Source: an uncultured virus (IMG/VR IMGVR_UViG_3300031420_000005) (Duplodnaviria > Heunggongvirae > Uroviricota > Caudoviricetes). Taken from it: a stretch of 20,000 bases of DNA. A model generated the notes under the pieces. The model was not told the DNA's origin. It saw only the letters and a list, made by a program, of their open reading frames with translations, and ran no database searches. Where the stretch lies: the IMG/VR virus record IMGVR_UViG_3300031420_000005. One strand, written 5' to 3'. Numbering within the stretch: position 1 is the stretch's first letter; every line of letters starts with the position of its first letter. The translations under genes were made by a program, and so were the position numbers. Below are positions 14,812 through 20,000 of this stretch, in pieces.

Positions 14812-16104
14812 ATGGCAATCAAGGTAGAGCTCAACGGCGGGCTAGACATCGGCAACGGCTACATCAAGGCGCTCGTCGAGAGCAAGAGCGAGGGTGGCAA
14901 GCGGGACACCGTGGACATGCCCTCGGCTGTGGCCATCCTCACTCGGCCCAACCAGATCCCCACCAGCGACGAGGACGCCGTCGAGGTACTCACGGGAGAG
15001 GGCGCTGACTTCTTCAATCAGCTCGATGCATCCTTCGACAGCCCGCTGATCCCAGACAGCTACCGGCGGGTCTTCGGCATGCGCTCCCTGTCCGCAGACG
15101 GTGCCTTCGAGGAGTTCGACACCGTGGGCCGGGCCTCCAAGGCCAAGCAGCCCCTCTCCAAGGCTCTGGTGCTCGGGATCTTCGCGGCCAAGGCCCTGAA
15201 GGACTATGTGGCCCGGGAGGGTGAGCTCCCCGACGAGGAGATCCTCGTGGACGCGAGCGTGGCCCTGGCGCTGCCGATCTCCGAGTTCATGCGCCACCGG
15301 GAGAGCTACGCTGCCGAGTTCATCAACGGCGGCAAGGCTCACATCGCCGTGGTGAAGAACTTCGAGACCAGTGTGGTCGTGAAGATCAGCTTCTCCAAGG
15401 TCGAGGTCCTCGCAGAGGGCGCTTCGGCTCACTACGCCATCGCCGAGCGTGGTGCCTCGATCATGGACAAGGTGCTCTCGGATCTCCTGGAGAACGCTCC
15501 CAGCCCCGAGCGCCGGGAGGAGCTCGCTGAGATCACTCCCGAGGATGTGCTCGCTGCCACCAACACCATCGGCATCGATGTGGGCGAGGGCACGGTGAAC
15601 TTCCCGGTTTTCACCAACGGCAAGTTCAACGCCGACGCCTCCCGGACCCTGGACAAGGGCTGGGGCTCAGTGCTCCTCTCGGCCATCACGGCCATGGAGG
15701 ACCAGGGCATCGAGGCTGGCTTCAGCTCCCGGAAGGACATCGCTGAGTTCCTCCAGAGGAAGCCCTCTGCGCTCAAGAAGACCTTCTACAACCGGGTCCA
15801 GCAGTTCGTGGATCAGGAGGCCGTGTTCTTCGCCGAGGAGGTCGCCGAGAAGCTCGGTACCATCCTCCGCAATGTGGGCGCCATGACCGAGGTCGGCTTC
15901 GTCTACGGCGGTGGAGCCGGTGCCATGAAGGATGTGCTCTACCCCCGGCTCCAGGAGAAGATCAGCGAGATGAACTCCATCAGCGCCTTCCCACTCCTCT
16001 ACCTCGACGGATCCTACTCCCGCCACCTCAACCGGGCTGGTCTCTTCCTCGCCTCCCAGGACAAGACCAAGGCTGAGGCCAAGAAGCCCAAGAAGAAGGA
16101 CTAG
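14812..16104 (+). CDS. ParM/StbA-family actin-like ATPase
   Basis: Phosphate-1 GLDIGNGYIK, connect-1 VLAEG, phosphate-2 GIDVGEGTVN, adenosine VYGGGA. Confidence 0.88.
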   Translation: MAIKVELNGGLDIGNGYIKALVESKSEGGKRDTVDMPSAVAILTRPNQIPTSDEDAVEVLTGEGADFFNQLDASFDSPLIPDSYRRVFGMRSLSADGAFEEFDTVGRASKAKQPLSKALVLGIFAAKALKDYVAREGELPDEEILVDASVALALPISEFMRHRESYAAEFINGGKAHIAVVKNFETSVVVKISFSKVEVLAEGASAHYAIAERGASIMDKVLSDLLENAPSPERREELAEITPEDVLAATNTIGIDVGEGTVNFPVFTNGKFNADASRTLDKGWGSVLLSAITAMEDQGIEAGFSSRKDIAEFLQRKPSALKKTFYNRVQQFVDQEAVFFAEEVAEKLGTILRNVGAMTEVGFVYGGGAGAMKDVLYPRLQEKISEMNSISAFPLLYLDGSYSRHLNRAGLFLASQDKTKAEAKKPKKKD

Positions 16105-16118
16105 GGCCTCTCCGAGCT

Positions 16119-16158
16119 GGCGGCCCGTACTCACCTCCAGAGTACGGGCCGCCTTTCT
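16119..16158 (+). terminator. Intrinsic terminator
   Basis: Perfect 14-bp stem GGCGGCCCGTACTC / GAGTACGGGCCGCC followed by TTTCT. Confidence 0.8.
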
Positions 16159-16229
16159 ATGGCCAGGCTGTGCTCTCAGGCTGCTGAAAGGCTCCGGCGG
16201 AGCTCTCCACTCACCGACGATCTCCGGTC

Positions 16230-16260
16230 GCTCTTGGTACCATGACGATGAACCAAGAGC
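16230..16260 (+). promoter_or_regulatory. Putative -10 TACCAT at the loop of a 9-bp inverted repeat
   Basis: GCTCTTGGT 16230-16238 / ACCAAGAGC 16252-16260. Confidence 0.45.
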
Positions 16261-16308
16261 ACCATCCTCGTCCCAGTGAGCTGATACTCAGCAAAAGGAA
16301 ATAGTCAC

Positions 16309-17367
16309 ATGGCCCAGAAGCAAATGTTCTCCCAGAGCATCGACGGAGCGATCTCCGCGATGGAGCGCCTCTTCCGCAACTTCGAGGCCGCCGAGAGCGG
16401 CGACGAGGACCGTTTCGTCTCTATCTTGATCTCCAAGCCCGGCGTCGGCAAGTCCGCCACAATCGCCAAGATGGCTAAGCGCATGGGCTACGAGCTCATC
16501 GACCTCAACCTCGCCTGCATTGAGCCCACTGACATCATCGGCCTCGGCGCCCGTGAGAAGATCAACGGCGTCTGGCAGACCATGCCCGCTCTCCCCCAGT
16601 GGGCTGAAAAGGCACTGGCTGGCAACACGATCATCTTCGTGGACGAGTTCAACAACACCACTCAGGATGTGCTCAGTGGCTTCCAGAAGATGTTCTCTGA
16701 CTTCGTCATCGATGGTCAGAAGCTCCCGAAGACCACCCACATCATCGGCGCCTGCAACCCTCCCGGCCGGGACGCCATCTACGCTGCTAAGCGCCTCTCC
16801 GGAGCCTTCCGTCGGCGCCTCTGCATGCTCCCCATCGTGGACGACTTCGAGTATGTGATGGCCAAGCACGACTTCATCATGCCTCGAGGCTTCGTGCAGG
16901 CTGACTACACGGACATCATCAACTACTGCGACTACGACGAGGTATCCTCGGCCGTCATCGACAACATCTTCAACATCATCCGCTACGAGGGGCTCAGCGA
17001 GATCGAGAAGCTCACGCTGATCTCAGGCTTCGGCCAGAAGGCCTTCGACTTCGCCCGGGAGATGGGGCTGTTCTCCGAGGACATCCTCACTGCCGGCAGC
17101 AGGCTCTCGGACGCGGACGAGGAATTCAGCCTCACCTACGGCCAGTGGAAGCGCAACCCTGACGACTCGATCCCCGAGTTCCAGCAGCTCCTCTGGGCTC
17201 AGGAGTCCCTGGGCAACTCCTACTCCTACACGCGCTCGAAGAAGTTCGTGTCCCGGATCAAGAACGCCAAGGTCTACGCGGCGGCAGTGGAGATCCTCAT
17301 GGACAAGTTCGAGGCCGACGCTGAGACCGATGAGAAGCCCCTGCCCCTGTCCCGGGTGCTCTCCTGA
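16309..17367 (+). CDS. MoxR-like AAA+ ATPase
   Basis: Walker A SKPGVGKS, EPTDIIG, Walker B IIFVDEFN, sensor-1 GACNP, arginine finger AFRRR; adjacent to a vWA gene. Confidence 0.88.
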   Translation: MAQKQMFSQSIDGAISAMERLFRNFEAAESGDEDRFVSILISKPGVGKSATIAKMAKRMGYELIDLNLACIEPTDIIGLGAREKINGVWQTMPALPQWAEKALAGNTIIFVDEFNNTTQDVLSGFQKMFSDFVIDGQKLPKTTHIIGACNPPGRDAIYAAKRLSGAFRRRLCMLPIVDDFEYVMAKHDFIMPRGFVQADYTDIINYCDYDEVSSAVIDNIFNIIRYEGLSEIEKLTLISGFGQKAFDFAREMGLFSEDILTAGSRLSDADEEFSLTYGQWKRNPDDSIPEFQQLLWAQESLGNSYSYTRSKKFVSRIKNAKVYAAAVEILMDKFEADAETDEKPLPLSRVLS

Positions 17368-17434
17368 GCGTCTCGCCAGGTCCACTTCCACAGCTCATCG
17401 CAGCCCTAGGCAGGCGAATCTCTAGGAGACCATC

Positions 17435-19291
17435 ATGGTAGCAGAGCAGAAGAACTTCAAGTACGGGGAGCTCTGGCCCGGCCAGCCGCCGAAGCCTCGT
17501 CAGCGTGGTGAGGGTCGAGTGCTTTCGGACCCCTCGCTCTTCGTCAACAATCGAGCCTTCCTGAGCTACATCGACAAGCACGGCTACGATCTCTTCCTCG
17601 ACTACGACATGGACAAGATCGCCTACACGACTCCCTCGAGCCGAGAGATCGTGGTCAACGCCAACTACCCCGATGAGATGATCGGCTCCATGATCCAGCA
17701 TGAGCTCGGCCACCTCATGCTCTTCAACGCAAGCCAGTTCGTCTCCGTCCACGATCAGACCATGCGCTCCATGGTCTCCAAGGTGCTCTACACTCCGGAC
17801 AACCTCCGTAGCTACGGGCTTCGGGAGCTCCTCTACGCTGAGAACATCATCGAGGACATCATCATCGAGACGGTAGCCGAGGGCAAGTGCATCTGCCACG
17901 GCTCCCTGGAGTTCAGCGGAGTGCGGGCAGGTGTGAAGCACCTCGACCGGCTCGAGGGCGCGGGACTCATCGCCAAGGAGGTCGCCAAGACCATCCTCAA
18001 GGATCCGATTCCTGAGGATCTCAAGATCCTGAGCTACATGGGCCTCGGCGGCCATCTGCGCTCCATGATCCAGGAGCTCCGCTACGACATTGAGGAGATC
18101 GACGCTAAGCTCCTCGAGATCCACCGGAATGCCGACTACCTCAACAGGAAGATCTACAAGAGGGTCCGGGAGATCTCGACGATCAACTCCCAGATCGTTC
18201 GGCTTGAGGCCAAGCTCAAGAAGCGCCATTCGGAGAAGGCCGAGAGGCTCAAGAACCGGCTGCAGGCTAAGCTCCGCATTCTCCAGTCCAAAGAGCGCGA
18301 GAACCACGACAAGGCGGAGGCTGAGGCCGAGCGCAGCAGGGCCCTGGAGCGCTTCCAGAAGAAGCGCAACTACTCGGCCGAGCTCCTGGAGCTCCTCGAG
18401 GCTGAGCTCGCCCTGGTCCCCGAGAGCATCCTGGATGAGGCCGGAGAGGATGACGGCAGGCTCCACGCCAACAAGACCGATCATCTCCTTCCGGACAGCG
18501 ACGAGGAGGTGGATCCCGACCAGCCCACGGGTCACTCCTTCGACTGTGGCTTCCCCCACCCGGTCACCATCGACCGCTCCGAGAGCCGAAAGCAGCAGGC
18601 AGAGCAGAAGAACCTGAAGCACATCAGTGGCTCCCTCAGCACCAAGAAGCTCAAGCTCCAGGAAGACGAGCTCGACAACATCGTGAGCAACCGCAGGAAG
18701 CTCCCGGAGAACGAGCTCAGCTACTTCCGCTCCTCGAAGAAGGAGTGGGATCAGACCGACATGCTCAAGGGTAAGAAGAAGAAGCGAGCATCTGGAGTCA
18801 ATGTGCTCATCGGCCTGGATATCTCCGGATCCATGAGCAACGAGTGGACCAACCAGTTCACCAAGCTCTCGGGGATGGTGGAGGAGTTCCAGGAGAAGCT
18901 CGACATCGAGAACATCGTCTACTTCACCTACAACCACGGTCTCGTCGAGAGCTCCCGGGACATCAAGGACCTGCGGCTCAAGGCCTCGGGCGGCAACGCC
19001 TTTGCCCATGTCTACCAGCAGATCATGCAGCAGCTCCCGATCATGCAGAAGAACGAGCTCATCCTGGTCACCGACTGTGGAGACAACCTGGGCTGGACCC
19101 TGAAGGACTGCGTGAGCGCTGAGCGCAACGGAGTCGAGGTCGAGAACCACATCTCCATCATCGACACTGAGGAAGCTGGCTTCTACGATTCGGGCGCCAT
19201 CGACGAGCGGGACTGGTCGCTCCATCGGGCCGGTGACAAGGACCTCTACGACGAGCTCCGCACCAACATCGAGTCGCTCATCGATAGGTAG
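17435..19291 (+). CDS. Metallopeptidase-like (HExxH) + coiled coil + vWA-domain protein (DUF2201-like architecture)
   Basis: HELGH followed by ENIIEDIIIE; long charged helical linker; MIDAS motif GLDISGSM, ASGGN, ILVTD. Confidence 0.85.
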   Translation: MVAEQKNFKYGELWPGQPPKPRQRGEGRVLSDPSLFVNNRAFLSYIDKHGYDLFLDYDMDKIAYTTPSSREIVVNANYPDEMIGSMIQHELGHLMLFNASQFVSVHDQTMRSMVSKVLYTPDNLRSYGLRELLYAENIIEDIIIETVAEGKCICHGSLEFSGVRAGVKHLDRLEGAGLIAKEVAKTILKDPIPEDLKILSYMGLGGHLRSMIQELRYDIEEIDAKLLEIHRNADYLNRKIYKRVREISTINSQIVRLEAKLKKRHSEKAERLKNRLQAKLRILQSKERENHDKAEAEAERSRALERFQKKRNYSAELLELLEAELALVPESILDEAGEDDGRLHANKTDHLLPDSDEEVDPDQPTGHSFDCGFPHPVTIDRSESRKQQAEQKNLKHISGSLSTKKLKLQEDELDNIVSNRRKLPENELSYFRSSKKEWDQTDMLKGKKKKRASGVNVLIGLDISGSMSNEWTNQFTKLSGMVEEFQEKLDIENIVYFTYNHGLVESSRDIKDLRLKASGGNAFAHVYQQIMQQLPIMQKNELILVTDCGDNLGWTLKDCVSAERNGVEVENHISIIDTEEAGFYDSGAIDERDWSLHRAGDKDLYDELRTNIESLIDR

Positions 19292-19388
19292 GAGCCCTCA
19301 GGTTGCAGCCTAAGGCCGCCCGGTGTCCGATATGGATTGGACCGCCGGGCGGCCTTCGTCGGCGGCTAGGAAGGCCAAGGAGAACCCC

Positions 19389-19685
19389 ATGGTAGACAGC
19401 AACCGTCAGCACCCTGATTACAGCCACCTCCCGGAGCCCGTTGACCCCTCCACGCTCTCCATCGAGGTTCCCGCCTTTGAGGATGACCGACCGCAGCCAG
19501 AGCCTCTCCCACCTGCGGGCTCTCCCGAACTCGTTGCCGCGACTCAGATCGCCCAGGGCAACGGAAGTGACGCTGTGCCTCAGACCATCCATCGGACACA
19601 GATTCCAGTAGGCTTGCTCATCGCTGGTGTGCCCCTGGGGATCCTCACGGTGCTCGCCATCCTGGACATCATCTTCACGCGCTGA
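19389..19685 (+). CDS. Pro-rich protein with a C-terminal membrane anchor
   Basis: SD AAGGAG before ATG 19389; hydrophobic C-terminus; upstream TTGCAG-N17-TCCGAT resembles the 9166 promoter. Confidence 0.7.
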   Translation: MVDSNRQHPDYSHLPEPVDPSTLSIEVPAFEDDRPQPEPLPPAGSPELVAATQIAQGNGSDAVPQTIHRTQIPVGLLIAGVPLGILTVLAILDIIFTR

Positions 19686-19716
19686 AAGTACTGATCCGAG
19701 AAAGTTTCCTACTCTC

Positions 19717-19757
19717 GGTGCGCTCTGAGCTACTCCATGATATAGTGGCTCTGTACC
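19717..19757 (+). promoter_or_regulatory. Promoter GTGCGC-N17-TATAGT with an imperfect inverted repeat around the -10
   Basis: -35 19718-19723; -10 19741-19746; GAGCTAC 19727-19733 / GTGGCTC 19745-19751. Confidence 0.5.
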
Positions 19758-19890
19758 AATTCCGTAGACCAGAAGGACCACTGATCCCATGACCTAAATC
19801 TCCTAATCGCCATCAGTTGAATACCCCGCGTTGTCGGCATCCCGCTGCTGCGTGCTTCCTGGGTATTCCTGTATGGAAAAGGAGACCACC

Positions 19891-20000
19891 ATGGTCGTAA
19901 TCTACGGACAGAACCGCACCGTTCGGGAGTTCGGAAAGAACTCCGACGGCGCCTGGGAGCTCGCCAGAGAGCTCATGGCCAAGGGTCACGAGGTCTGGGT
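19891..20000 (+). CDS. 5' part of a hypothetical protein (MVVIYGQNRTVREFGKNSDGAWELARELMAKGHEVW…), truncated by the window edge
   Basis: SD AAAGGAG; open to the edge. Confidence 0.65.
   Translation, partial: MVVIYGQNRTVREFGKNSDGAWELARELMAKGHEVW

Noticed and set aside
17297..19225. 642-aa minus-strand ORF (likewise 1590-2561, 7555-8370, 14842-15432 and other long antisense ORFs)
   Set aside because: Antisense shadows of well-supported + strand genes; expected with strong GC3 codon bias; no motifs or SD
1..20000. CRISPR array, tRNA/rRNA, IS element, integrase or virion genes
   Set aside because: No regularly spaced repeats, cloverleafs, transposase/recombinase motifs or structural-gene signatures seen

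Overview
High-GC, densely coding, mostly + strand window with actinobacterial-type expression signals (TTGCRS-N17-TANNNT promoters, one probable leaderless gene). It looks like an accessory region of a large mobile or extrachromosomal element (megaplasmid or large phage-like element; no virion, rRNA, tRNA or CRISPR features seen). Recognisable genes: endonuclease IV, a HAD-family (RNA-repair-type) protein, a degenerate FtsK-like ATPase, a DnaB-like helicase domain fusion, a ParA/MinD/CpaE-like ATPase, a ParM/StbA actin-like ATPase and a MoxR AAA+ / HExxH-vWA pair. Many small hypothetical proteins lie between them, including two paralog pairs and two lipoproteins. The most striking unexplained signal is two diverged copies of a ~145-nt leader with compensatory base changes and a predicted pseudoknot (11128-11275 on -, 13484-13627 on +). 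Each copy sits directly before a gene that begins with a related basic ~30-aa peptide (MTxNRxxK...) fused to an unrelated ATPase domain. Also notable: many promoters have their -10 box at the top of an inverted repeat, a 44-aa unlisted ORF resembles the N-terminus of a HigA-type antitoxin, and ACGT appears strongly avoided. All family calls come from motif recognition by eye; no database searches were run.
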